Notes under the pieces: generated by a model | Databases searched by the model: none | What the model was told of the DNA's origin: nothing | What the model saw: only the letters and a program-made list of their open reading frames with translations | Shown: piece by piece, positions 1-12,408 of the stretch | Layout: the number at the start of each line of letters is the position of its first letter | How positions within the stretch are numbered: the stretch's first letter is position 1 | Program-made: the position numbers and the translations under genes | Origin: Paraphysomonas bandaiensis | Lineage: Eukaryota; Protista; Chrysophyceae | NCBI GenBank assembly: GCA_965644295.1 | Contig: CBFFRP010000127.1 | Span: 197,136-261,135, forward strand | Direction: 5' to 3' | Length of the DNA: 64,000 nt

Positions 1-626
1 CTTCCGCAGGTTGAACGATTCTGGACAGGAACAATTACCGAAGCTGAAATGGAAAGCGTTTTCGGAATACAGTACCAATGCTCCCTCAATGCGCGTGGCC
101 TACATACCATTGAAACATCAGTTGTTAAACCGCAGCCAAACAAATGCTCCAAGATCGTAGTGGGCCACAAAGACTCCCCCCCTAGACCGCGCGACGACAA
201 ATCCGTCAGCTACTCCTCTGTCCAAGACCCAATTCGCAGCTAAAGCCATTCCAAGCCATGCAGGAGTCCCAACACCCCCCCTCGTCCATGTATCTCAGTT
301 CAAGAATACTTGACTCACTGATTCCGAATCCTCCTCCACAGAGTCCCGAGGAGCCCTATTCTAAGGGGCATCCTCCTGACTGAACCTTCTGTACCTCAAG
401 GACTGACGTCCGCAGAGAGCTTCTCCCTCACACACAAGAACGGAAGTGGTTGCACCTTGGTGCTTACGGCGACGCACAAGCAGCTTCTGTAGCGATAAAT
501 AGTAGGATATGAGAATTTATACTAGTTAGTTACGACTGGTAGAGGTCAATCCAGCTTGACTAGTCTTCATCTAACTACTTATCTGGTGTCGATTCTCGAC
601 GCCTACTGCTAATAATAAGACTTTCA
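1..626 (+). mobile_element. 3' end of a non-LTR retrotransposon (LINE family A); runs off the window start
   Basis: Bases 1-130 translate as LPQVERFWTGTITEAEMESVFGIQYQCSLNARGLHTIETSVVK. This is homologous to PQVERFWTGTI/TTAQLETVFGDHIHVSPTPQGLRSIESAVIK in the minus-strand copy near 51250-51120. Bases 430-626 match the shared ~200-nt 3' UTR ending GACTTTCA. Confidence 0.7.
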
Positions 627-1368
627 CAATTGTATTTGCAGCCCTGGGCTATACTAATCATACGCACTGATGATGTGGCTTTTTTAATCACTAAAAATCC
701 CACACACCGGTCATTTTGCTTTTTCTCAATAGATGCGGTGCTCTTCCTTGTATGTCCCAAAACTCTTATGATTAAAGCATTGAATACTATATATATATGA
801 AGCCATATTTTCTGTGGATACACGAACTGGCTGCTAAACCACATTCTCCCTACCCCAGTGATCCTTTATATAAACAGCACAGTTCTTCATTCGTAAATTA
901 TTCTGACATAGAACTCAACCAGACTTGGCGCAAGGGCTCTTCAACTTTCGTTTGATTAAGATGGTAAAGCGTAATGTACAGCATGTATACGTCAGGGCTG
1001 GGGAACTTCATATTTCCTCCTACTACATATTTTTGACGAGTGAATTCTGGAAATGCTTTGTCGTTGTTGAACTAATTATGTTTGTGTGTTTCCGAACATT
1101 TGAGAATAACATGAGCCGTGTATATGTTTATTGTAGCGTATTCTTGTAATGCACGGATATCTATGATTTTATGAACATGGAAGTACACACAAGAATAGAA
1201 CAGCATCGCAACTGAAGTGACATATGAGATGCTCATACTCACCCACTGTCTTATAGTATAGACGATCGGGAGTGAGAAGACCTGAACTATGGCACCTACA
1301 AGAAAGACTGGCTTTTCATTGCTACTCATCACCCATCATACACTTTTACGTCCGTAGATTGAATTCGA

Positions 1369-1539
1369 GGACTTTAATGCCAGTCGAACCACGAAACCAT
1401 GAATTTTGGACAATATAGTTTTAAAAAACGGCTATTTTGGAAGAAAAGTCGTGTAATATGAAAAACCCTGACTATTGTATATGGCTAAGAACTCGAAGTT
1501 CTTCAAGATATACGGAAAGTTCGAATGGCATAAAGAACC
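1369..1539. mobile_element. Possible small MITE upstream of PABP
   Basis: Imperfect ~21-bp terminal inverted repeats: ggactttaatgccagtcgaac / gttcgaatggcataaagaacc. No clear TSD. Confidence 0.35.
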
Positions 1540-1783
1540 ATAAGGAAGAAATGAGTGTTTTCTATTGGTTCGTTCAATTTGTACGTACTCCGGTACTGTG
1601 AGTGTATATGCATGTATCAGTGTATGGTATGAGTGTCTGTGTATGTAAAGGATTGTTCTTCTCCTTCTTCTTTAGTTCTCTGTTACACTCATAGAGAGTA
1701 AGACTTGTGCGCAGTGGCTCAAAGCATTCTTTCTTATCTTAAAACCCAGAAACAGTATAAAATTCTAAAATAACATAAAAAAC

Positions 1784-3765
1784 ATGTTGCCAGCCACTGC
1801 CCCTTATCAATCCGCCTCCCTCTATGTCGGAGATCTCCATCCTGATGCCACTGAGGTGCTTATGATGATCTTAACCACTGTTCATGGTGTGATAAGAGTA
1901 TGTTGTAGGCATTCCTCTTTGAGATCTTTAATCGTGTGGGTCCAGTGGCTTCTATTCGTGTGTGTCGAGACACTGTGAGTGGATACGTACATATAATATC
2001 CGATTGAGCTGATAGTATCGTATCACAGGTTACTCGCCGCTCACTGGGATACGCTTACGTTAATTTCCATGAATTAAAAGATGCTGAGCGTGCCCTGGAC
2101 ACAATGAATTTCACTGATATCAAAGGAAAGCCATGTAGAATTATGTGGTCTCAGCGTGACCCCAGCCTCCGTAGATCTGGCGTGGGCAATGTCTTCGTCA
2201 ACAACCTTGCCCCTTCTGTAGACAACAAGGGTTTGTTTGACGTTTTCTCTGTCTTTGGCAATATTTTATCCTGTAAAGTTGTCTCTGATGAAAGCGGTAA
2301 CTCCAAGGGTTATGGGTACGTTCATTATGAAACCGCTGAAGCTGCACAAGAGGCCATCCAGAAGGTCAATGGTGTGGTAATTGAGGATCAAGAAGTAATC
2401 GTTAGTCCCTTTCTTCGCCGACAGGATCGTTCCAGTCAGAATGACTGGACCAACTTGTACTGCAAACATTTCCCTGAGTCATGGACCGAGGATAAGTTAA
2501 AGGAGGTGTTTTCCGAATACGGTACTATCAACAGTTGCAAGCTGGCTGTTGACGATGAGGGCAAGTCGAAGAGGTTCGGTTTTGTGGACTTCGCTGACCA
2601 TGCATCAGCAGAGAAGGCTCTGTCTGAGTTGAATGGTAAGATTTTTGAGACTGGTACTATGACAGAAGGAAAGGAAGGTGAGCCTAGTGTTCCGAAGACC
2701 TTTGAGCTCTATGTGAACCGTGCCCAGAAGAGGACTGAGCGTACACGTGAATTGAAACACCGCGTGGATATTGCCAAAGCCGAACAGATCAATAAGTCCA
2801 AGGGCAGGAACCTGTACGTAAAGAATATTGATGACGCTCTCACGGACGATGAATTCCGTGAGCTCTTCACCCCATTCGGTACCATCACCAGCAGCCGTAT
2901 CATGCGTGACGATGGCACCGGTTCTGGGAAGGGATTTGCTTTTGTGTGCTACTCTTCTCCTGAGGAAGCCACCCGTGCAGTTACTGAGATGAATGGCAAG
3001 ATGATCCGTGCTAAACCTCTCTACGTTTGTTTTCACCAGCCCAAGGATCATCGTCGTGCCCAGCTAGCGCAGACACACGGACCTGGTGGACGAGGTATGG
3101 GGAATATGCCCCGATTTCCCATGGGACAGGCACCTTTGCCTTACATGTACATGAACTCCGGACAGCCGATTCCTCCCCGCCAGCCGTATCCAATTATGCC
3201 TGGCGGTATGATGCCTCGCGGACAGACAGCTAATAGAGGAGGACCTGGATACCCTATGCCACAGTACAACATGGGAACGCCTGGTCAGCAGGGTGGTTAC
3301 AGGAGAGGTGGTCCTGTAAATATTGGAGGACATGGACCCAGGGCTTCTGGAAGAGGGGGGGCGGGTGGTCGTAGTATGCCTCCCCAGCAGAGTGGTAGGG
3401 GCATGGGAGCTCCTGCAATGAAGTATAACACGCAGGCGCGCAATCAACCCGGTATGCAGCAACAGCAGATGGGTGGCATGCCAGCAGTGCAGCAGGAGGC
3501 CCCGGCACAGATTCCCCTTCCATCTGGTCCTCTCGATCACAGTACGCTTGCCCAAGCCGATCCCCAGACTCAGAAGAACTTGATTGGTGAGAGACTTTAC
3601 ACACTCATTTTCACTACCCATCCTAAGTTGGCCGGCAAAATCACTGGTATGCTTCTTGAAATGGATAACTCTGAACTAGTGCACTTGTTGGAATCTCCTG
3701 AAGCGCTTTCGGTCAAGGTGCAGGAGGCCTTGGATGTTCTTCAAGCTCACAACCAGGGTTTGTAG
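1784..3765 (+). CDS. PABP: Cytoplasmic polyadenylate-binding protein (4 RRMs + MLLE domain); exons 1784-1855, 1909-1974, 2029-3765
   Basis: [35 protein letters not shown] and KGYGYVHY RNP motifs; C-terminal QKNLIGERLY...KITGMLLEMD. Two GT-AG introns (53 and 54 nt) restore the frame. Confidence 0.97.
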
Positions 3766-3911
3766 ATAGTTTTGTGAAATTAGTTGTTGCTATCAATAAG
3801 GTACGGATGTCTTAATGCATTAATTTAGAGCTTTTGTCAACAATTGACACTATCGATTGAATACGGTAGAAGTGACAACCATTCTGTACTGTGTGTCTTC
3901 CCTATTGTTGG

Positions 3912-4148
3912 CGGAAATATACATCCCTCCTAAATTTATCAGAGGTTCCTATTAAACTAAAAAGTGCCATTTGTTCCTGCTATGCTTTGCCGACGTTCCT
4001 ATTAAATTTAAAAGGCAGCTGAGTCTAAGTTTAAAAATGGCATTCCTACTAAGCTTAAAAATTTTATCGATTCTACTAAATTTCAATTTGGCTCAACTGC
4101 CACTTTTAGTTTAGTAGGAACAACGGAAAGGGTTTAAAAAATGACACC
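3912..4148. mobile_element. MITE family M, copy 1
   Basis: Internal inverted and tandem GTTCCTAYTAAA / TTTAGTAGGAAC units; ends ATGACACC. Similar to 42162-42412 and 44027-44302. Confidence 0.65.
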
Positions 4149-5146
4149 ATCTCTATTGGACGACTTTACCACTATATTACATAATTTTTGGGAAGGCTCA
4201 ATGATGAATCAAATATCTATAGGAGTTTATTAAATACTCTAAGATATATTGTTTCTTATTCTGAATACGAAGACCATAGTGTAGATATAAGAGTATGTGA
4301 TTTCCATCTTCGAGTTTTAATTTTACTGTCGAAGGTGATTTGGAGTAGTGGCATTATTCAGTCCTTCTTATCAGGATTGTGCCGACAAGTTCATATGTTG
4401 GTGTGCCTTCTGCGGTATAGGATACAGTTGTTGAAATTCGGGAATTATTGTTTAGAGTTAATTTAGCACAGTCGCCACTCTCTAATGAAACTTAGATTTT
4501 AAACTTGTTTTCTGAATATTAATCAGGAAGCAAGTGTTTCAAATAACTATGTATACTAGATAACGTATAGTTTAATCAAGAGGTAAGTAGAGCGAGATAT
4601 TGCCTCCTATTAAACTGCGGTTAATTGTAACTACAATACACCTGACATATGTTTCACTGCATGATCTATTCTATTGAATTCGCACTACTGAGACTGATAT
4701 TCAAGCAGATAAACAACAGTGTCCGTGTACCATATATATGGATATGGAGCATAGCTACCATATCTGGCTGTGGCATATCTATGAGGCAGGATATCCAAGC
4801 CATCATATCCAATCATATCCAATCATATCCAGTTATATCCATAGGATTGGCAGATATCTATTGTGATGACTCCTCTATGCGGAAGTGCAGAATACATCTG
4901 TATACCGTACTGTACTACACCTGCATATGTAGGACTCGCGCGTACGTACATGTAGCTACCTCGTACTGTAGATATGTACCCAGCAGTGGATGCATGTGCT
5001 GTAAGATGCGATCATGGAGCGAGGTGTGTCCAAGGTCTCGAGGTGTACTGAGAGTGTACTGCATGTCACTCCATTCTTATCAACTTGTGTCTTGTCAGTG
5101 CACTGCACCATTAATCTCTTATCGTTAGTAGTTATCAGAGTCGGAT

Positions 5147-6304
5147 ATGTCATACGCTCTTATGGGATATGACTATAGATATCATCAGCTCCATAACTAT
5201 AATGGAGTTAGGAAGTACTACTTTGCTTTTGAAGAGGCTGTAGAATGGGAGTTGAAGAAGGCTGGATTGATGTGGGTGATGGAGGGCAAACATAGAGAGC
5301 CGTTTGTTCCTGTTGCGGCATTGGAGCGAATGAAGAATGAGGAGGACCCGTTGCCCACTGATTATGAGGTCATTGAGCTCTATCAGCAATGGCAAGCAGA
5401 ATATACTGCAGAGTGCACAAAAGCGCTTTCATTATATACGTCACACTTGGGACTTATTCCAATTTCTCGTTTGGATGACATATTGAGTGATAATGATATA
5501 TCGGACAGAGAAAAGTTACAGAAATGTCGTGTTGAGATGAGAACTGCATACGGAGCTACGTCGATGCATGTTGTATTAGAAATTCTGGATGATATGAATC
5601 AGCTCCCAAATGTTGTTGATGGTTCGACCGCAATGCTAGTTATATCATCATTGTGTCTATTAAATAAGATATTGAAGAAAATGGGCCAGTCGTTAACTGA
5701 TGCTCAGTTAAAACGTAAACTGTTTGATAAGTTGAGTGGTGATATTATGATTTATATTGATAAGAATGAAGATATGACATACGCATCTGCGTGTGATGAG
5801 ATAAATAGAGTAATCTATCTACGAAATAGGAGTATTACTTGTGTAAACAGTTTTCAAGAGTGCTCCGGATCTGATTGTGTCGAGTCGGTGGGGTTGATGG
5901 GTGCTGCAAGGCATGCTCCTCTTGCCTTTGAGTTTCCTGGGGCATTAGGTGCACCTTTGAGGGGCAGTGTAAGTCCGTCAACAGATATTGGAATGCGTCG
6001 TTCAGTTCTAACTGAAACGAATACTCATGCTTTGCGGCCTGCTTTGCCTAGATGCAGAAATTGCTCTGAATTGCATGCGCTTCGGGAATGTCCAGCAACA
6101 CATTGTTATAAGTGTCGGAGGTGGTGGCCTTCGAAACGAGATCCTACATTTCATAACTTTTATGAGTGTCCGGCTATTACTCGTGACCGGCAGATGCAAA
6201 GGTTGGAGACATTACCAGCTCTGAGATCCAAACGTGGGCATTGGGATGAAGGGACCGAGACTCGAGCACGTAACCGAGAGAAAAAATCAAGGGCGTCGTT
6301 ATAG
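5147..6304 (+). CDS. Retrotransposon Gag-like protein (copia-type), gag only, 385 aa
   Basis: Intact ORF with a helical capsid-like region (LKKMGQSLTDAQLKRKLFDKL), a CRNCSELHALREC zinc knuckle and a second CYKC..H..C motif. A PBS-like AGTTATCAGAGT lies just upstream. No pol follows. Confidence 0.7.
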   Translation: MSYALMGYDYRYHQLHNYNGVRKYYFAFEEAVEWELKKAGLMWVMEGKHREPFVPVAALERMKNEEDPLPTDYEVIELYQQWQAEYTAECTKALSLYTSHLGLIPISRLDDILSDNDISDREKLQKCRVEMRTAYGATSMHVVLEILDDMNQLPNVVDGSTAMLVISSLCLLNKILKKMGQSLTDAQLKRKLFDKLSGDIMIYIDKNEDMTYASACDEINRVIYLRNRSITCVNSFQECSGSDCVESVGLMGAARHAPLAFEFPGALGAPLRGSVSPSTDIGMRRSVLTETNTHALRPALPRCRNCSELHALRECPATHCYKCRRWWPSKRDPTFHNFYECPAITRDRQMQRLETLPALRSKRGHWDEGTETRARNREKKSRASL

Positions 6305-6360
6305 ACGAACTTATTTCAGTTTAACCTATAGTGCGCTTTGCCTTACTTTAATATAGCCGT

Positions 6361-6506
6361 TGTGAAGAGAATATATTGTCAGTAATATTTAATATTTACA
6401 TCATTAAACATATATATGATATTATATTGGTATTAACTCACGGTAATCTAGCTACACTACTTCTAATGGACACAACACCTTCACTCTCTACACTCCCTCA
6501 CTTAAA
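6361..6506 (-). mobile_element. Possible short LTR with an adjacent polypurine tract
   Basis: TGTGAAGAGA...TCTCTACA termini at 6361-6492, preceded on the minus strand by TTTAAGTGAGGGAG, resembling the copia PPT at 22127-22137. Confidence 0.35.
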
Positions 6507-6663
6507 GCAAAATTTGGTCTCACTATATATTGCAACGTATTGATATATACTGTGCATGCTTGTGTATCTTTGAAAATATATTTTTATTATCATAAATTAC
6601 TCTTCATAATCACAGAGCTCAGCTATTATTATAATATCGAACGATTTTGATAATTACCTGGAA

Positions 6664-7002
6664 TGTTAGAATTGGACATTTCATTGAAGTTAACTTTGCT
6701 TTACACGTAAACTTTGACCTTGCTCTGTTGAACACAAAGCACATTCAAGTAAGAAATTATAATTACTATTCTGAACACTTCACTACATATTCGTGTAACA
6801 TCTGATGAAACATCTGTTCTCAGCGACGTCTGTTTATCATATGTTCATCAGTCAGTTCTATACTAGTATAGTGACACATCAGTGTAACTAAATTTAATTC
6901 CTTTGTACCTATAATCACCCGTTACACCTATGAGTTGACTTCACCTATTGCACACTATTAACGCACTTCAATTGCACAATATATATCACATCATATTGCA
7001 AC
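6664..7002 (-). mobile_element. Solo copia LTR, same family as 22138-22835
   Basis: The reverse complement aligns to 22138-22368 plus 22707-22835 (e.g. CAGATGTTTCATCAGATGTTACACGAATATGTAGTGAAG and AATGTCCAATTCTAACA). Confidence 0.8.
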
Positions 7003-7059
7003 GCTATTCCTGTTCATATGAAGTGAAGCATCCGGGCTGTCACCTTAAGGACTCAAAAA

Positions 7060-7230
7060 TATTGAACCATCTGCTTGAGTGATAGAGCTAAAGTGGTTAC
7101 ATCTTGATGCTTGCGGTGACGCACAAGCAGCTTTCGTAGCGCGAAATAGTTAAGTTAAGTACTGCCTAGTCAGTTAAATTGTAATGCTACACTGCTATAC
7201 TATAATACAATTGAGGAAAAGGAGTATCAA
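7060..7230 (+). mobile_element. Short divergent LINE family A 3' fragment
   Basis: AAGTGGTTACATCTTGATGCTTGCGGTGACGCACAAGCAGCTTTCGTAGCGCGAAATAGT matches the family 3' UTR core. Confidence 0.6.
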
Positions 7231-7607
7231 ACTATTGAGTGTGAGACGATATACCCGTGGCTAATTATAGCTATGCACTTTCTAATTTCTTTCTTTTCTC
7301 TGAATGAAAGAGTGGTTGTAATCTATGTGAAAATAGCGGCTGAAAAAGATGAAAAGAGATTAAGCCCTTCCCCAATAAAAATGCATTACAGCTGGCAATA
7401 CCATTTCGACTGATCACTAGTACTTTCGTATTTCTTATTATTATGAAGATGATATGTATAAAATATGGATAAAGGCGGCCTATATTAACATACATGTGCA
7501 TATCATAACATCCTTTCAAAATGTACATTATAGAATAACAGTGAGAGTCAATTACAAACCAAAAACATCAGAGCAGGTGAATAGGATATAACTTACTTGA
7601 TATTACG

Positions 7608-9317
7608 TCACCAACCAGCTGTCTGAGGTGCATGAGCCTGATACTGCTGCTCATACTCGTGCATTTGATTCGAAGAACTGCCGTGTGAGTATTGTTGGTA
7701 CTGGTTGGAGGACTGAAAATCCACACAACCCAGTGTCTGACTCGAGTAGTATTGACTTCCATATTCGTACGTATTATTCACATTGGTTGCGATGCCATTA
7801 CTTGGGGGGCTGTAAACACTTTCCATTAGTTGACTGATGCCATTCATGGCTGACAACATCGCTATGTTACTTGGTTCGCCGTCCTCTCCACGGTGCATTA
7901 CTAAAAACACTTCACGATGCCCTGATAAAAAATCAGAGTCCAGCCACATTTCGCATCCTGAATTGTTCTTTAATTGTTGAAGATTGTGTTCGATGAACTG
8001 ACACAAAGAGGAGGGAATGTGCATCGCATACTCAGTCCAGCAGCGAACGTTGCCGCTCCAGAGATACACGCCCATTCCATAGTGTCGAAGCCACTCAACT
8101 ACTGGAAACGTATTAAACTGCACAGCATCCCCGTCAATACCGGGTTGGGTGGAACACTGCTGCTGCGGGTATGGCACTGCCAGTGTAGAAGAGACAGAAG
8201 GTAGGGAGGCTGCAGATGTATTGCATGTCCCACCATATGTAAATCCACAATTGCCATACAGAGACCCAACTGACCGTTCGGGGGATGAATAACCAACACA
8301 GCCTTGTGGGGATGACCCAGGAGAAGAGGTAGATATAGGAGCAGAAACAGGGGAGTATCCAGGATCAAGTATAGCTTTGGTGAGCTCGGACAAGTCGAAC
8401 GTATCATCCTCGTCAGGCTGCACACTACTCTCTACGCATTTTGAACCTGAAGTGGCAGTGTTCAGATCCGGAAAATCCTCCTGTTTCATATGAAATTCTT
8501 GTGAGGGAGGATGCGAAACTCCTGGTATAAATTGTGCTAAGCGGGAAAGATCTGGCACATCATACTCCGGCAAGTTACAAGCATAGCCTGACCCGTTGCC
8601 CGTGAGATCATAGCATGCATACGACCCACGTATCTCAGACTCATGGTGAGCATAACTACAGCGGTCTCCAAACGCACAACTCTCGCCATATTTACACATA
8701 ACCGTTTTGTAGTATCGGTGTGTCTCTCCTACACTAGACCCCTGATGCTGGTACAGTCCCGAGGACCCGGTGGACTGGGAATCAGAGGACGTAGTATCCG
8801 CACCATCACTTGGGACACTCGACACTTTCCCTGGACTTCTTGACATAATTGAACTTGTTGACGGAAGTGATGAGTTATGCTTTGCTGTTTGTTGCGCAGC
8901 CCTTTTCTTAAGCTTCTTTTCAGAGACAACAACTTTCTCAGACACCTGAAGCTTCCCATTACATTGAACTGTGTCAATACCAGTAACACCCATATTCTGG
9001 AGTATACTGCCAAGCTTCTGATGTCCCAAGATAATACACGCCCTCTCCAAAGGAGTCCGACAGTTATCACCTTTCCTCACTAGAACTTTAGAGAGTGCCG
9101 TCTGTACCTCTTTGACGAACTTCTCTGAGTGCCTGTATACAGCATATGAGTCGACACTCTACAATACAGACACTACAGCTACAGTATATAGATAGACGTG
9201 TACATACTCTGCGCATAGATAATGTTCAGTCCCACATCGACAGCTGATTAAGAAGACGGTTCCCACAGTGCACCTTGATCCGATATTACGGAGACAACAG
9301 CTCTCATCTATACTCAT
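7608..9317 (-). CDS. CCCH zinc-finger RNA-binding protein; predicted exon 1 at 9317-9208, intron 9207-9133
   Basis: YKTVMCKYGESCAFGDRCSYAH is a CCCH finger. An upstream ATG exon (MSIDESCCLRN...HYLCAE) splices in frame to HSEKFVKEVQ via GTATGT..CAG. Confidence 0.75.
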
Positions 9318-12300
9318 ATTACACTATCAACAAGATGAAGGGGATGTACGGGCTGTAGTGTACTATGATCTCAACACATATAATAAACTCAATCAAACAA
9401 TCGATCAATTCGCTTATATCAACACTCTCATTCTGATGAGTCGTCTGTTCATATCATATCAAGCGAACTCTACTCTATACAGCAGCATTATGAGTGTAGT
9501 TCATGTCTGCTAGCATATACTGTACCTATACTCTATACTCTGTGTGTACCTAGAGCAACAGATGTACCGCTGTACATATATATCATGTCCGTCACATCCG
9601 ATCCGGACACAATAATGCCAATTCAGCTTCTTGTCCTGTATACATACCTATACTGGTATACAGATATACAGAGTAGGCTGCGGTATATACAGTACCTCCT
9701 TGTAGAAATTTCGTAGGATTGTTATTGAGGACATGACCAACAGCAATACAGCAGTGTATACGTATAGTACAGCAGTGTATACAGCACAGTTTTTGTTGCC
9801 TTCTTGCTTGCTTCTTGATGCATGAGTTGAAGAGCTCCGCTGCTGATATCTTTCTTTATTGAGCTACCCATCATACTTGTACATCCTCTTCACGATATAT
9901 AATTGTATCAGGCATAGTAAGCAGTAATAACTGATCATGATAACGTTGTTTGATCTGGTTTTCATGTAGAATTGTTCGAGTATGATGCATCGAAGTACAC
10001 TGCGAAGCCGAATCACTCGCAGGCATACATACAGTTGATTGGAGTAAATTATACTACCCATTGGGAAAAATAAATGTTGTGCTGGTATGCATCGAGTGAA
10101 TGTACCTCACAAGAACGACGTTAATTTAGTGTCGGAGAACGGTATAGGGGCAGGGCTGGAATCAGAGGGTTGCATGGACTCTCCACATGCGGGATGCTAT
10201 TATGGAGCTGAACTACTCCACGTTATGGCTATGAAGATGGACCTCCAAGGTCAGGCTTGGTATTGGTATGGACATGATTCATAATGCCTTAGTCTGTGCA
10301 GGTATAGCCCAGATGCAAGTCTACCAGGGACTATTACCAGTGATACAGTAAAACTTTTATTCGAGACAACTTTCTCAAGCTATACACTTTTGACCTTGGC
10401 GATGATGACCATAGGGTTAGTTGCTTTAAAAGGCACGGGGATAAAGTCTCGCCACGTGTTCGAGAACTGCCCAGTAACGTATCGGCATCCTTTGTGTATT
10501 TTTGTGCAAATATGCCTCTAATATTGAGACAACAGTTATGTGTGTTCCAGCCGTATTTATACTGCAGTTATAAAGAGGATTTCTGATTCATTTTATTACC
10601 GAAAAAGAAGATGCTGACTGCCGATACGAATTTGTACATCTGCTTTGTATTATTCTTGTTTGTGTTTTTATTAAAGCTCCACAGAGAAGCAAACATACTA
10701 AGATTTTGCTAAAAGCGTTTCGATTGAACTAAATACTTTATGGAATCCTATGGAATAAGGTCAAAAGCGTCTTAAGGCGTTCACGAATACCAAAGGATCC
10801 AGATTATGAGTAGTGTTGGCCACTTCTTGTTGGAGTAAAATGTGGTTCACATGACATTTCCAATGATACTTCTTACTGACACTTGATATGAGGTGAGTGT
10901 TTATTTTTAAGTGCATCTGAAAAATCGGACAAGTTTCATACCTACCATATGATACTAGCCTACTGCTGCACGGTAGTGTAATTATATTATAATGGTAATA
11001 TATATCTTTGGATAGGCTCCTGCGCTAGCAAACTGTGTATGCACCTACGAGTCGTTCGCTGAATAAAAGTCAAATACTCAAAATCACAATTTAGTACATT
11101 CTTATTATAACGGTATGCGTTGACGTTATAAACATGCTAAAGTAAACCAACTATGAATTCCCTCTTCGTCGAATGACCTTTGTCATAATGTTGACGTACG
11201 TGATGACAACCAACCATTAATTTTCCTGCTGAATTCTTCGCATGTCTGTAGCATTCATACATCACTAGACTTAACTTACCGGTGTTTCGTTTGTAACCTT
11301 CACTTATCGTTTTTTCCCACTAGTTCACAATTACCCGTATGAGTTCTAATTACCCGTTTATCAGGAACACTACTTCAGCGTCTTACAGTTTATTTAGATT
11401 TTCAGTAGCTGCTGTAATTTTCAAAGTAAAGTATTGTAATGACTTAAGGTACTGCAGTATCTTGACGTAAGTACTTGTAGTTTATCGATAGTAGCTATCC
11501 TGTAATATGTGTAGCAATGAAATACAGAATCTACCAAAATACAACAACACGCATAGGTACAGTATAACAAATATCTGAAAATACAGTAGCTGTTAAACAT
11601 ACGCCTTGTAGAAAAACTATATTAATATTGGTGATTGTTGAGTATTTACGAACAATTAAAGGCTCTTTTTCTATGGTAATTGAATTATGGCCGTTACTTG
11701 AAGACTTGAAGTATGACATGAACTAATGATATGATATTATGCATTATGTAGTAAAAGTGAAATATATTGACAGTTAGAGATCGTGTCTATCAAATATCTG
11801 ATAATATGGATTGGTAGTTGAGAGTATATAATTGTAGCGAACAGCAATGAATGATGAATCATACATAATACATATTGATCATAGTTATTAATTATTGAGA
11901 ATCGAGTGTACGCAACGTTTAGTTAATTTAGATTTAAACAGTCCAATTCCAATTATGTCAAAAGTTGGTAGTATTGCTACAATCACACTAGTTAAATTCC
12001 ATAACATTACTATCTCTCGTAATAAAGAATTCAGCGAAGCGCAGTGTCACAACTTAAATCGACTACTTATGATAAAGTTTATCCTTTATCAGCGGTTGCT
12101 ATTAAATAAAGTTAAAACTATGTTGGATATATGATATATAATTTATGCAAACTACACAATAGTGTATACAATAGTATTAGTAATCTATCTAGTCTAACGA
12201 CTAACTTTTCTTCAACGAGAATAGTTGTAAAATCGGCAAACGTCAATAACCACATCAGTGCACATTTTGAAGATAGTGTAAATAAAATATTTATCATATC

Positions 12301-12408
12301 ATTTATCTTATCATATGACGTGTAGCCTTAAATTTTGAACACATATATAGCCAATGTGCAACAATAATTGAAAAAAACATTTACATGGGTGTGAGTAGTG
12401 TACTTTAT

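Noticed and set aside
6801-6860. CTGATGA as a possible hammerhead ribozyme core
   Set aside because: No stem II followed by GAAA in the right arrangement; it lies inside a copia LTR.
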